DNA of 55,837 bases, counting the filler, from Jimgerdemannia flammicorona (taxonomy: Eukaryota), in NCBI GenBank assembly GCA_003990765.1. It is 3 parts of 3 records of this genome, joined end to end, with 100 filler letters (N's around TTAATTAATTAA, not from the genome) between each part and the next. Parts side by side here need not be neighbours in the genome. Positions count along the whole stretch, not along the records: positions 37,298 to 55,837 come from RBNJ01002184.1; 2 more parts are not named here. The stretch is one strand, 5' to 3'. Under the pieces are notes generated by a model that saw only the letters and a list, made by a program, of their open reading frames with translations, was not told the DNA's origin and searched no databases. Below, in pieces: positions 38,390 to 52,122 of the stretch (positions are counted from its first letter, which is position 1; every line of letters begins with the position of its first letter). Position numbers and translations under genes: made by a program.

Positions 38390-38600
38390 GGGATAGCAAT
38401 GCTGGATTCGGACTTGCTGACAAAATGCTGAAAATGGCGGCACTGGATAGCAATGCTGAATTCGGATGAGCTGATATGATACAATGATTGTTGCCAGAAA
38501 TGGTTGTGGAGGGTGGCAATGCTGAATTTGGATCTGCTGACAAAATGCTGAAAACAGTGGTACTGGGTAGCAATGCTGGAAACAGACTTGCTGACAAAAG
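38390..38600. repeat. Imperfect ~54-69 bp tandem repeats in G3 LTR
   Basis: Four copies of GCAATGCTG(G/A)A, three followed by GCTGACAAAA. Confidence 0.8.
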
Positions 38601-38629
38601 CTGGGTTCTCATGGCTGATGGGTGGTACT

Positions 38630-39613
38630 CTAGAGGAAATAGTACCCTTTGTCTGTGGCGGGCAAATCTTGCTGGGTTGTGATTTCTTCTTCATCATATC
38701 TCTCCTCAAAGGGGGGAAGTGCCGGCCAAGAGGTGAGGGGGTAGAAAAGTGGCCAGTCATCTTCAACAATATTCTCCAACCCTTGAACAGCTTGAATGCG
38801 GACAGAGGACTGGTAGACTCTCTATTGCTCCTCTTCTTCTGAAGGCTCGTCAGTTTCGGTGTCAGAGGGGGTTTCTTCAGGGGCAGAGTCTTGGAGTTCT
38901 TGGGCCTCCTCTTCAAAGATAGGAACTTCTTGGACTTCTTCTTGATTCGGTTCCCAAATGATGAGGTGTGAATTGTGGCTGACAGGGTGGTGGGTGGTTG
39001 GAGTAGCTCCAACAGGTGTCTCTATAGTGATGGGCAGTCCTTCAAATATCTCTATAAGACTCATTAGGTGACCTTGATAGTTGTCTCAGAGTGGGGTGGT
39101 GTGGAAACCTAGCTGAGTAGGTTTGGTTTGTTAGCTTCCTATGGCAATGTAGTTGCTGCCAATAGTATTGGCTACTTCAGATTCTATCCAGTCAGCATCT
39201 TCAGTTGAAAGGTGGGAGAGGCTGCCAGCTGTTACTCCTTGCAAGTGTGCTATAGCCCAGGGAATATGGCGGAAGATTTGATGGACGTGGAGGGCTCTCT
39301 TGATTAGCAGGCTGGTGGTTAACATTTCGGCAATGAGGTCTTCCTGGTCGCCTTCTTGAGTCTCATTGCAAAGGCAGTGTCCGATTTCATAGTCATGCCA
39401 GAGGGTCATTTGTTCGGTAGTGTCTTTGAGCTATTGAGTCATTATATACCAGTAGTTGATGAAGTGTCCAAGGTCCTCAGTGTAGAAGTTCAAGTGTTCG
39501 GAAGTATCTGGGCACCAGATGGCCTTCTTGATAGCTTCAAAGATCAGGGTCTTTGGGTCAGGCAAAGGAGTAGAGTGGCGGGAGGTCTGGTTGGTTCAGC
39601 GAATGGGAGGCAT
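38630..39613 (-). pseudogene. LTR-embedded accessory ORF (~327 codons, several internal stops)
   Basis: MPPIR*TNQTSR..., then in-frame track ORFs 39131-39409 and 38822-39064; aligns to 18063-17245. Confidence 0.7.
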
Positions 39614-40662
39614 TGTGTGGTGGGTACTTGGTTCTTTGGTGCCAATCCTTGAGGCAGAGTATGGTTCCTTAAATAACATGGTCTTCATTTTGGCTCGGAT
39701 CATCTTGTCTTCTTTTGGAGTGATCACCTAATGGGTCAGGCTATCTATTTGATTGTCATGCCATTATGTCGTCTGATCTTAGCAGTCACCGGTACTCCAT
39801 TATCAATTGTGTACATCACACTAGTTTTAGAAGATAAAAATAACTCTTAGCTCTGAATTCTCAACAACTATAAAAGTCTGACTATTATAGATAATCTAGT
39901 AAATAAGTTTTTCTTGAAATAATTTTATAGAGAATCTTGGCTATTTAATATAAAAGAAATATTAATTAGTAATAAATTAATAAAATAGAAAATAAAAATA
40001 AAATAAAAAAGTTAATAAAATAATATTTTTTAAAAAAAATAATTCTATTCCTCTTGCTTGATAACTCTTATATAATTTATTAAAATATTTCTATAAATTT
40101 ATTATTGAGCTACCAATAAACTTATATGATATTTTATAGTAGTTTTATTTAGCTTTAGTATCTTCATTTTCTTTATACTTCTTTGTAAACTTCTTTAGAC
40201 TATACTTATTATAGCTATACTTATTAAAGCTATATCTGATATTGAAGTTATTATTATAGTATTCTCTATGAGTAGTAATATAGAAGATATATATATCTAA
40301 TATACTTAATTATAATATATTTAATTACTAAAGAGTATATATATATATTACTGTAAATCATATTATATAAAAGATTTGAATTCAAATTGAATTTCAAAAT
40401 TGATAACAGTGATGTTATCTAAAAAATAGCTATTTCAGAAAATATATACTACTTTTAGTTACTAAACTTAAGCTAAAATTTAAAAATTTTAAATTCAAAT
40501 CAAATTCAAATTAAATTAGATCTTGATTCAATTTAAATAAAATTAAATTAAACCTCAATTTAAATAATTGAATTGGTCCTCAATTCAATTTAAATATTTT
40601 AAATCAAATCAAATTAGGGACAAAATTTAATTTAATTTAATCTATTCTAAGTACTAATTAAA

Positions 40663-40720
40663 ATAGATAATTGAGACAGATAATTGAGATAGATGATTGA
40701 GATAGATTATTGAGATAGAT
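40663..40720. repeat. 13-bp minisatellite
   Basis: About four copies of AGAT(A/G/T)ATTGAGA(C/T). Confidence 0.75.
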
Positions 40721-41029
40721 ATAAGTGTTAGATAGATTATAAGTCTTTACTAGTCTGAAAATCTCTCTTATATTTATAAAATTACTTAAAAATTTAGTAT
40801 AATTTAATATAAAGCTTCATATACTAAAGGTAAATTAATATATAAAATTATATTAAAATTAAATATATGTATATTTATTAAAATATATATTGAAGTTTTT
40901 ATATTCAAGTTTTTATAATAACTACTTTCTTATATTTCAATTTTCTAATATATATGAAAAGTAATTGACTTTTAAAAGTATAAAACTTTATATCTTAATA
41001 TTTAATATAATTTAGTAAATATATATTAA

Positions 41030-44000
41030 TAGAAGTATAGTAAATTTCTTTATCTTGAATACTTAATCTTCTTTAACTCCTCAAGTTCTCAGATATAGAG
41101 TGGGTAAGTTCAAAGTATATCTATTTACAGACTTACTAGTTTTTTATCTCTTTACTTGAACTATTTCAATCTGAGGATAATTTACTCTAGATACTAAAGA
41201 TATTTATATAAGTTTGCTTACTATATAGTAGCTAAGTTAGAACTTCTTTTCTGTGAGTTATTTCATATAGTTGAGAGATCTGTATATTTTTATAATTTGT
41301 ATAATTATAAATTTTATATAATTATATAAATTATACAACTGAGAGATTGAGTAACTACTATGCTATACTATATTAGAAATTGGATTTTAATACTATGATT
41401 AAATATCTATCTTCTGATTATTGTTTCTAATTCAGATTAACTATTATAACTTTCTCCTAAATAAGTAATTTTGCCCTCAGAATTACCTCATTAAACTCTC
41501 ATACTTTGATCAATAGTATGTTTTTATACTATATTATCTGCTCAATTATATTTTTCTAATAATATATCTTTACTTATCAGAAATCTTCTAGAGCTATTTC
41601 TTAGAAATTAGCCAGAGCTTACTTGTTATTTTTGAATAGTTTGTAGATTTACTTAGTAATAGTAATCTGGATATAAGATATCTAGCACTTAGCAATCTAC
41701 TCTTTTTTGGTTATATTTTTCTTTTTATTTAATAATTACTTTAACTGAAAGTACTCTTAAAACTCAGTACAAATCTGATAGACTTCAAAGTGTGAAATAT
41801 ATAATAGGTGAGTCTGTATAATACTTTAAATACTATAAAAAAAAAATCCTTTATAACTAGTAGTTTGGTAGAATACTATTGTCTTTTTATAGCTTACTGG
41901 ATAGTACTTGTAATTTTGAGAGTCAGAGCAATACTTTATTGGTTAGCTATAATACTTCTTAAGTCAGTTTTGATAGATAGTAGTGAAGATAATTATATAT
42001 CTAATAGTTTTTATAGCCAAAAGATAGTTTCTTTATATTTTATATAAGATAAAATACTCTAGTTTTCATAACTATAAAGCTTCTACTATATTCTAATATA
42101 TTAAAACTTTATCTCTTATTAATAATCTCCAAGAGCTTATAGATCTTTTCTATATTATTCTATTATATATAATACTTATACTTTGATTATATAATCTTCA
42201 GCCTTCTTTCTTATTTAATGTAATCTTTATATCTCAATATCTATACTATATCTCTATTGAATGATAGAGTTTCTCTAGAACTTTTTTCTCTAAATAGTAA
42301 TTTTCAAGAGATAAAATAAGTACTTTGTAATTATATATTTTAGAGAGCAGATAATGCTATTAGCAGATAGTGGTCTCAATTTTTATAGTTATTATAAATT
42401 TTAACAATAATATTCTTGAGACTCTTATTAGTTCTTTCTATCTATCTATTTCTCTATAGATAATAAGCTATAGTTCAAATATACTGAATCTTGTATTTTT
42501 TGTAGAAAATCTTAAAAAGTTAGTTTATAAATTCTGCTTCTCTATCTATTATTACTTACTTTAGTATCTTGAATTGATAGATGATTTCTCTATAAAAAAA
42601 AATCAGCAATTGACTATACATTGACTTCTTTGAAGGGTTCCACTTCTGTCTATTTTATAAGGAGATTTATAATAATAATAATATATTGATTACTAGTCAA
42701 GATCATTAGTAGAAAACTAATTATATCTATTACTATGTGAGCAAATAGTACTAGTTCTATATCTGCTAATTCTGATATCTAATTTTATTAATCTTACTTT
42801 TATTTCTGATATTTGTTACAGATATTGACAAATTGTCTGATATCTTTCTCTATTTCTGATCACTATATTATTCTTCTTACCTTATTATAGATATTTATTT
42901 CTCCTAGATAGCTAAGTTTATATATTAACTTCATTACTTATTCTTTCTTATGCTTTGGTATAACTAGTAGTTTTTCTTTCTTTAGTATTTCTCCATTAGT
43001 TTCAAATTATTTTCAGATTCTATTGATAATTATTTATATCTATTCTTTCAAATTTTGAGGTATCTTTTTCTATCTCAGATAGGTGATAATTCTATAGTAG
43101 AGTTCTTTATTTAGTTTGGTTTTACTAGTTGTAAGTATCTATGAGGGTATATCTATATTAGTATTAGTTCTTTCTAGATAATATATAATAGTTACATTAT
43201 AGGCTTATATATAGCTTCATAATCTATTTAATGAATATTTCTTTAAATTTACTTATAGTTAATAGCTAGATGAGGGCAGAATAGTCAGTCAGAATAGTGA
43301 AGTATCTTTCTACAAGATAGTAGTAGAATATTTCTACTGTCCAGATAACTGCAAGATACTCTAGCTTATAGAATTCATATTCTATTTCTCCACTGTGAGT
43401 TTCATAGCTGAGATATATATAATCACATATTTAACTTTTTTCTTCTTTTATATAAAAATAGCTTCTAGTTCAATTGAGTTTATATCTATCTACAGAATGA
43501 ACTCTTGAGATCAGTTAAGTTATCTCAAGATGAGTATCTAGGTCAATTAGACCTTGAGATATTCAAAAGCTTATTACTATCTATTAGTCTATTGAAACTT
43601 AGTATCCTTCTTGAATAGTTCATAAAAAGGGTCTACAATATTAGCAGTTACAGTCTATCCAAGATCTATCATAGTTATAGAAGTTCAAGCTTTCATAGAA
43701 CTTACTATCTATTACAGATAGTTTATTAAGAATTCTCCAAAATTTTAATAGAGTTTATATAAGTTCTAGTCTAATTAATAATATATCTGAGATAGAAGAT
43801 CTTAATTTCTGTGAACTTATATTTCTTTGGCTTAATAAATAGGCTATGTTCTCTCAATTTCTGCAAGATTTGATAGATATAGTTTAGATATTTCTTAGCT
43901 ATCTTACTGAAGATGATTATATGTATCATTCATATAGACCATCATCTATTTATTTATATTTTCTCATAAGATCTTATTCATTATTCTCTAGAAACTTACT

Positions 44001-45130
44001 AGAATATTGTACATTCTAAATAATATTTGTAGATAGACATATATTCTATCTAGAGTAATAAAAACTGACTTTTTACTGACTTTCTTAGTGAGACTGATTT
44101 GATAGAATTCTGAATATAAATCTAAAGTAGTATAGTATTGTACTTTATCTTCTAATATCACTAAGATATTATTGATGAGAAGCAGTAGTTGGTGATCCTT
44201 CTTGGTAACTTTGTTGAGTTTTCTGTAGTCTGTATAGAGTCTTGAGATAAATTCTTCTAGCTTACTTCATTTCTTTAAAGCTAGTATAATTAGTGAGAAC
44301 TATAGACTAATAACCTTCTTGATGATATCAGCTTCCTTTATCAGCTTTATTTTTTCTCTGAGCCATTTATAATATACTGATAGAATTGATTTTGTTCTTT
44401 AATAGATTAGCTCAGTATCTCTTATATCTATATTATAATAATAGTATGGTGTTTTTTCTTAGATATTTTGAAATTGGTGACAAGAATATCTTTAAATTTA
44501 TATAACAACTTCTTGAATTCTTTCTTGAATAAATATTAATTTTCAATAGTATAGTTATACTTATCTCAATTTTCTCCTTCTTGTAGTCTAATTCAGTAAT
44601 ATTAATATTAACAAAAACTCCTCTTTCTATAGCTCTAAGTTCTTTCCTTTTTCTTTTAGCTTTTCTATTTCTAAATCTTAGGTTGTAGTACTAGAAAGAT
44701 CAGTATTTGTATAAGTTAGTCCTTTTTCTTAACTACAAATATATAGAATTGTGAAATTGTAGTTCCTAGTAGTAAGTAGGATTTTTTCAATATAATCAAA
44801 ATCAATAACTCTTATTTTAATCAAACTTTCACTCTTGGCTAGACTACTTGAATATTCTGATATAGTCTTAGGAATAGTCATCTCTGGATTAGTTATAAGT
44901 AAGATAGTTGTCTGAGGTTTAAGAATTATCTCCTCAACTATAATAATATATATCTATTCTAGCTATAATTTCTGACTTATATTTTGGCAGGATAAATTCT
45001 CTAAATCTTGACCTTGATTTCTTCTTTATCATCACTATTCTTTAGAAGAACTGGTAGTTCATCCTCCTGGTCTTTTTTTTTTTACTACTTTTGTCTTCTT
45101 TCTTTCTTCTTATAATAAATCTTATAGATA
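41030..45130 (-). mobile_element. Older G2-related Gypsy copy (3' LTR, ORF3, IN, RH, RT, dUTPase), 5' part missing
   Basis: Colinear with 23345-27530; LTR ~41030-41448; dUTPase remnant ~44620-45020. Confidence 0.88.
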
Positions 45131-45196
45131 TTAGCAATGTATTAATAGTACTCATCTAATATAATAATATATCTTTCTTTACTAACATTCATATAA

Positions 45197-48100
45197 CACA
45201 AACTTTACAATATACTCTTAAGCTGTTTATTAGAGAAAGATACTAACAACATAGCAACTAATAAGTAATCTGATAAGTATACTAGATCAGATAGACCTGA
45301 GACCTTTGACTGATAATATATCAGAAGAGAGTATAGTATAGAGATGGAGTTTTTTTTTTTTTAGTAATGAGTAGATAGAGAGAACTGAGCAAGAGTCAGC
45401 CATTAAGTATAGGTAGAGATAGGTAGAGGCTGATGAGTTTTACTAATAAGATGAAGATAGAGAGCTAGCTCAGAGGTATTTAGAATAGTAAGACTAAAGA
45501 AAAGAAAAAGATAAGTACTGAAAGGACTAGTGGATCAATAGCTAGTAGAGCTGGTATAGGAGCTAGTGAAGCTACTACTAGGGGTAGAAAAGTAACTACT
45601 GATAGTAGTATGATAGGAGATCTGACAAAAAATTCAGATATAACTATTAATAGTAGAGCTAGATAGATGGGCCATAATGGGAATGGAGATCTGATAGATA
45701 GTGTAATGGGCCTAGTGATGACTCTATTACTTAAGAAGTTGATCTCAGAATTCACTATCATATTGTACTTGAGGACTAGATTGATAGTTGGTAAGATAGT
45801 GATACTGATGACTCAGTGCTTGAGATAGGACCCAAGAGTGGTTCAGCTCCTGATAAAAGGAGTACTCATAGTGATAATAGCTGAGATGAGGAGAAGGATA
45901 AAGGAGGTTATAGTAGAGTATAGTAATGTTATAGATATTGGATTCTGGGTCTAGAAGAGAACCTTATTCCAGATTAGAGATATAGACATCTAACTCTGAC
46001 TTGCAGAGAAGAAGGTTACTGAGAAGGCTTGAGATTGACCTTTTGTAATAATATGAAGTATCTTTATTTATAAGATAGCAAGAGTGAAGAATAGTAAGGA
46101 GAAGGAGGAGGAGGATCTGTAGAAGTTCTAGAGAAGCTTAGTGGAGTAGTAGAGTATAGAGTGGTAGTATAGGAGACTTTTAAGATATTAATATATCTAA
46201 AAGTAATAAATGAGAAGCAGATTTATATTAATAAGGTGATGTGAGAGAAGGCTTAAAGAAGAAAGAGATAGAAGGATCTGTTGATAGGATTGAAGGAGAG
46301 ATATGTAACTAGGATTGAGGTGAGTCTAGAAAGAGTGGGGGTGAGTACTTAGACTAGAGATAGAGCCAGAGAGATATTGAAGAGTAGAGAACAAGAAGAC
46401 TAGAGACCAGTAGCTCTATAATAATAGTATACTTGAGATCTAGAAAGAGAAGAAGGAGCAAGAAGTGAGAACTAGTGCTTAGACCAGAGAGGGTGTAGAG
46501 GATATGGAGATGAGAAGTATACAAAGGGTCTAGTTTGGAGTATCTAATATAGTGATGGGTGGGCAGATGATTGGAGTTATAGAGAATGAGCTATAGGATA
46601 TTTAGAAGGAGAGATAAGATAAGTCTGCAAGTATCAGTATTGATGTTATAATATAAGAAGAGAAGAGGTCTGATATCTCTAAAAGAAAGAATATTAGTAA
46701 CTTATACTAGATAAGTGTAATAATAAATGATAGCTATAGAAGAGCTGGAGGAATTGAACTTGAGGATTATAAGTAAGAATTACTAGATAAGAGTACTGTA
46801 GGGTAATAGACTAATGGTAGAGATATTGACTATATTCTTAGAAAAGAAAGATTATGAATTGATAGTAGTTACTGGGAAATAGACAGCCTTCTAGTAGAAG
46901 TAGTAACATAAACTATAGCTTTGATAGACGGTATATAAAAAATATAAGAATGAGATGGAGGAGAAAAATAATAAGACATTGGCTAAAATTCTGACTAGAT
47001 TGGAGGCTAAGAAGATTGAAAAGAAAGAGATTATTGCAGAACATAGTCTAGACTTAGCTTAAGAGGAGATGAGTATAGAACTATAAGGAGATTGAAATTG
47101 CTCTATAATATTATTTATTTATAAACAGTATAACTAACATTTTCTCATTAAATATAAATAGTTTGAAGAGCTTTATGAGGTATAGAAATATTTTTGCTTG
47201 ACTGAGAGAATTAGATATAGATATCTTTCTATTATAGAATATATATTATAAGGGAGACTTAGACAAATAGAGGTAGATAAAGAAATGGAGTAGTATGGTA
47301 GTTTGGAGAAATAAGGTGGAAATTTTAATATAAAAGGGTAGAGGAGACCTTTGTGAGATCAGAAGATGGAGAGAATATTTAGTTTAGGAGAAGTGATAGA
47401 AATCTGGATGAGAGCTAATAGTTATTAACTCTTGCTATTACTCTATAGTTAGAGGGGACAAAGTGGAGTAGATAAATAGTCTATATAAGTATAATATACT
47501 TGCTGAGGCTAGTATAGATATACTTAGTGAGAATTTCAATATAGTGCAGAATATACTGTTAGATAGAACTGATGGAGAAAGAAGTACTAGATATAAAAAA
47601 AAAAAAAAAAAAAAGTACTAGAGACAGAAGTGGCAGTCTAGATATCTGAGAGAAGATAGACTATCTAAGTCTTTGATGGATACTAACAGGATGTTGTGAG
47701 GGGATAAGAGAATTTATATCTATTGAATAAATAGACTTAAAATAAAAATTGACTGAATGCTGACTGCTGACTACTGGGGGATAGATATCTGAATTGATCT
47801 GAAGATTATATAGTACCTTTGATCAGATCATTAAGGGCTAATAAAGTATAGTTGATATGGGGGAAGTGGGGATAGATCTGGATATTAGTATCTTAATTAC
47901 TCTGAGAGATTTAGGTAGAGGATATTGGGTCAAAAATTATCTACTGGAATCATGAGGAGTCTTCTGTGGGGGTCTGCTGAGTGAAGTTGAAAGAGACTAT
48001 TAAGATATACTGGGGTAAGGCTGGAAGATTCCTAGGGGTATAATAGAGATAGCAGATATAGTGGACTTCTTATTAGTTGGAGATATTATAGCTGAAATGG

Positions 48101-49975
48101 ACCAGTTTATTAAGATAAGAGACTATAGAAGATTGGAGACTAGAATGAGCTCAGATAGAGGTAGAGGAGTTAAAGATGAGGAAGAGGCTCAGACTCAGAA
48201 TATGGTAGCTCAGTTATAGTGACAGAAGCTTGAGAAAGATGAGAGGCCTACTAAATATCTGTCTTGACTTCTTCAGGCAAAGAGAGTATAGTAGCAGTAA
48301 GATAGAGTGTTAAATAAGGAGAGTATCCTAGTGACTGAGATGTAATAGATCTTAGATTCTTTAAAGAGTCAGTAGAGAGGTCTGTGAAGTAAGAAAAAAG
48401 AGAGTGCAGATGAGGAGACTATTGGGTACTCTCTGGAGAATTGGTACCCTCTGCAGATTGGTGGACTTGAAGATTTGATTCTGCTAGTCTAGAAGGATGA
48501 GATTCTAAGTATTCTATTAGCTATAAAATTAGATATAGCTTCTGGCAAAAATGGCCTACTTTGGGACTTTTGGAAAAAGATGATGAGAGTCTCAGGAGTA
48601 TTGGTAGAGATGAAGATACTTTGCAACTTTGTCCTCATAATTAAGAAGTAGGTTAGAGGGCAAGACCTTAGTCTGGTAGTATTATTATATAAGGATAAGA
48701 GTAGATAAGAGAATTAAAGAAATTGGAGACTAATTATGCTTCTAGATATAGACAAGAAGTTGATCACTAAGGTGATTATTGAAAGGCTGCAGAGAGTGGT
48801 CTAATAGATATTAGAAGCTAAGCAATGAGGCTTTATTAGTAGTAGGCTAATTAGAGATAGGATAGTATGAATATATAGTATAATTAAAGAATGAGGGCTA
48901 GTAGACTAGATGAGAGATTGGTCTTTCCAGATCAGAAGAAGGCTTATGATCAGATTTAGTAAGTTTTACTAGAGAAAGTGTTAGAGAAAATTGTCATCTA
49001 TCATCAGTTTCAGATTTTAATAATTAGTCTATTGGAGAGCAGTAGAGTGACAATTTTATATAATAACTATTATAGTACTATATTCTCATTAAGGAGAGAA
49101 GTTTCCCAGGGAGATCCATTGTCTCTTATCCTGTATACTCTGTCATTAGAGTTATTTATGGATAGGATTTACTATAAGATATTAGAGTTTTCAGTCTTTG
49201 GAGTAGTCTGAAAGGTTGGGGCCTTTGTAGATAATATAGTAGTTGAACTTAGCACTATTACTGAAGTGAGCACACTGAGGAAGACTGTGGATTAATATGA
49301 AGAGCACTCTGGGGTAAAGCTCAACTAGTATAAGTATGAGACAATAGTGCTGAAAAATGGTTTAATAGGTGAGAACATTGTTGATGCTATTTTCTCTATA
49401 GGGGAGATAGTACATTATCTAGATATCTTTATATTAATATACAGATTAGTCTTACTCAGAGCTTAGTAGGAAAGGAAGGTAGTGGAATGGAGGAATATTC
49501 TTCAGAGTTAAAAGAAGTACTATATTTCTTTTATCAGATAGATATTAATTCTAAATATCTATTGACTACTGAGACTCTAGTATTTGATATACTACTTGGA
49601 TTTTTCTACTTAGATAGTAAAGAGGTTGTTAAAGATGGCTAAAGACTGGATTTGGGCTGAAAGAAGGAGTTAGATAAGTTGGGAGGTCTTAGTAACTCTG
49701 GTGGGCAAAAGAGGGATCAGTCTGGTAGACTTCCCAAAGAGGTTATATAGTCTTAGGGCTTAGTGGTTGAAGAGAGCTATTGAGCTATAGAGAGGTAGAT
49801 AGGTGTTATTGATATAGAGAGTCTGAGAGGCAAGGTTCTCCCCTAGAGAACTCTCTGATAATTTGCTATCTATAGTTAGATTAGGAGACAGTAGATACTT
49901 ATATCAGAGATTCTGATAGAGAGTAGTAGAGAGTACTTACTGTATTGACTTATACTAATATAGTAGTAAGGATGA
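45197..49975 (+). mobile_element. LINE family A, copy 4 (5' end intact, 3' truncated, heavily decayed)
   Basis: SQGDPLSLILY (~49110), FVDNIV; decayed ORF2 start ~47120; shared 5' motif. Confidence 0.9.
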
Positions 49976-50069
49976 GACCCAATCAATCTGCTTCTTCCAG
50001 TACCATTCAGGTTACACAACCTTTAGAAGGCACTTACAACATCATTTTTGGAGTAAAGAGACTAACAAC

Positions 50070-52105
50070 ATGGTGACCAACAGGCAATCTGAGGTGCATA
50101 CTGGGCAGGGCAGCCCAAGCACTTTTGAATAGCAGTAGGTAGAGAGGGGCCCAGGCCTGGGGGGGGGCATGAGGGGGCTGCTGGCAGGAGGATATAGAAG
50201 AGGTGGAGGTATTGGTAGCAGACAAGGGTCTGAGAGAGCAAGCTTTGTGGAGATAGTGAAGGGGAGGCAGCAGGCATCAAGGCTGGAGGGCTGGCTGAGG
50301 AGGGGTAAGGAGACCAAGAAGGTGGTAGTGTATGGGGGAGTAGTCCTTAGAGAGAGAGGCAGTAGAGCTGAGGGAGTAGCAGATGGGGGAAGTATGACTG
50401 CTGATGGCAACAGGACTGCTAATCTGGAAAAAAATCCAGATGTGATAGCTGTTGGTGAAGCTGAGTGGCTGAGGCTTGGAAGACAAGGAGATTTGGTGGA
50501 TGGTGTGACGGGTCTGGCAGTGGCCCCATTACTCAAAAAATCAATCTTGGTATTTGCAGTTACACTGTACTTCTGGGGCTTAGTGGTGATGGCAAAAATG
50601 GTACTAGGGCTTATTGCTAAGTAGGTGGTAGGAGCTATGTCCGTGAAGTTTTTGAAGGGACTGGATGGTGTGGAGGTGGGTTTTGAGGAGGCTAAGCTGC
50701 TGGAGGAGGCATTGAAGGTTGGGTTGGTGGTTGGGGAGATGTGTGTCCTAATGGTGAGGTGTCTGAAATGGGATCCAAGGGTGGTCCAACTGCTGGTAAA
50801 AGGAGTACCCACAGTGATGACGATGGAGATGAGAAAGAGAGTTGAGGATATTATGGCAGAGTATAGAGAGGTGTGGATATCGAATTCAGGGTCTGGGAAG
50901 GGACCTCACTCAGGACTGGGGATGTGGATGTGAGGATTCAGCTGGTGGGGAAAGAAGCTACTGGGAAGGCAAGGGACTGGCCTTCGGTGATAGTCTGGGG
51001 AGTGATCTTGTGCAAGGTGATGAGGGTAAAAGGAAGTGAAGAGGAGGAAGAGGATTTATTGGAAGTACTGGAAGAATTGGATGGTACCATGGAGTGGCAA
51101 GCAAAGGCTTGGAAGGCTTTCATGGAGTCAATGCACCTAGAGGTAGTGGATGGAAAGAGGATTTGAGTAGACAAGGTGCAGTGGGAAAGGGCTCAGGGGC
51201 ATAAGAGACAGAAGAATCTGCTGGCTAAACTGGGGAACCAACCACAGGAGGATGTGAGCAAGATGACAGGTGTGGAAGGGGCCAAAGTGAGTGTCTGGGC
51301 TGGCAAGAGGAGTGGGAATACCAGAGAGGAGACAGAGAAGGCAAAGGAGGTGAAGATTATTGACCCATATACTGATAGCACCTTAGAGGTTTGAGATGAG
51401 ATCTGGGAGAATTCCCCCACTCCTTCTCCTCTTATCAGGCAAGGCCCAGCTTCCAGAAACAAGATGGTGGAGAATGTGACAATGCTGGGGACCCATCAGG
51501 TAAAATTTGGTATTCCAGAGGTGATGGATGGGGGACATGTGGTGGCAGCCAGAGAGGAGGAACTAGTGGATGTTCCAGAGGTGTGGGATGAGGCTGCAAG
51601 TGCTAGAGCCAACACTACAATGCTAGATGGAGGGAGGCCGGCGACCCCTGGAGGGAAGGAGGTGGGGAACCTACTTTGGATGTGCAGGATGATGAATAAT
51701 CTGGCAGCAGAAGAGTTGAGGGAGGTGGACTTGTGAGTGATGAGTGATGAGTACTGGATACAGATTTTGCAAGGGGATGGAGTGATGATGGTACTGAAGG
51801 TGGAAATTCTTGTGGTGTATCTGGAGGAGGAAAGGTATGAGGTAGACAAGGAGTGAGAGGCAGAGATGGTGGTTGTCACTGGAGAGGGGGCTGAGTACTG
51901 TTGGAACAAGCATCATAGATTGCAGCTTTGGCAGGAGGCTTACATTGAGTACTAGGAGGAGTTTGAGGAGAAGGCAGATGGGGAGATGAATGAGCTATTG
52001 GCTGGATTGAAGACTCAGAGGGCTGAAGAGGAGGAGGTGATGGTGGAACATAATCTGGACATGGCACAGGAGGAGAGGAGCATGGAGCAGTAGAGATTGA
52101 CTGAT
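50070..52105 (+). pseudogene. LINE-A ORF1 (RRM-like segment, acidic helical region)
   Basis: AEYREV.DIEF...LRTGDVDVRIQL resembles L1/Tx1 ORF1 RRM segments; stops and a frameshift near 50875. Confidence 0.75.
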
Positions 52106-52122
52106 ATCAAATCATATTTATT

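Larger units (their letters stand above)
37298..39820 (-). mobile_element. 5' end of an LTR element (family G3): ~2.3-kb LTR (39820-37521), PBS, start of internal region
   Basis: Begins TGTGATG at 39820, ends GCCACA at 37521, then TTT-TGGGGGCTTAACTGGGA; TATA/AATAAA core at 38263-38232. Confidence 0.75.

Noticed and set aside
38390..38600. CRISPR-like repeat/spacer appearance (also 17105-17237)
   Set aside because: Imperfect tandem units inside eukaryotic LTRs; no unique equal-length spacers, no cas genes.
38362..39012. 216-aa minus-strand track ORF
   Set aside because: Alternative frame overlapping the acidic tail of the conserved LTR ORF and running into tandem repeats.
50042..50812. 256-aa antisense ORF and the many other S/P/T/L-rich ORFs opposite LINE and LTR ORFs
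   Set aside because: Shadow frames of purine-rich TE strands; no recognisable domain, and start/stop positions differ between copies.
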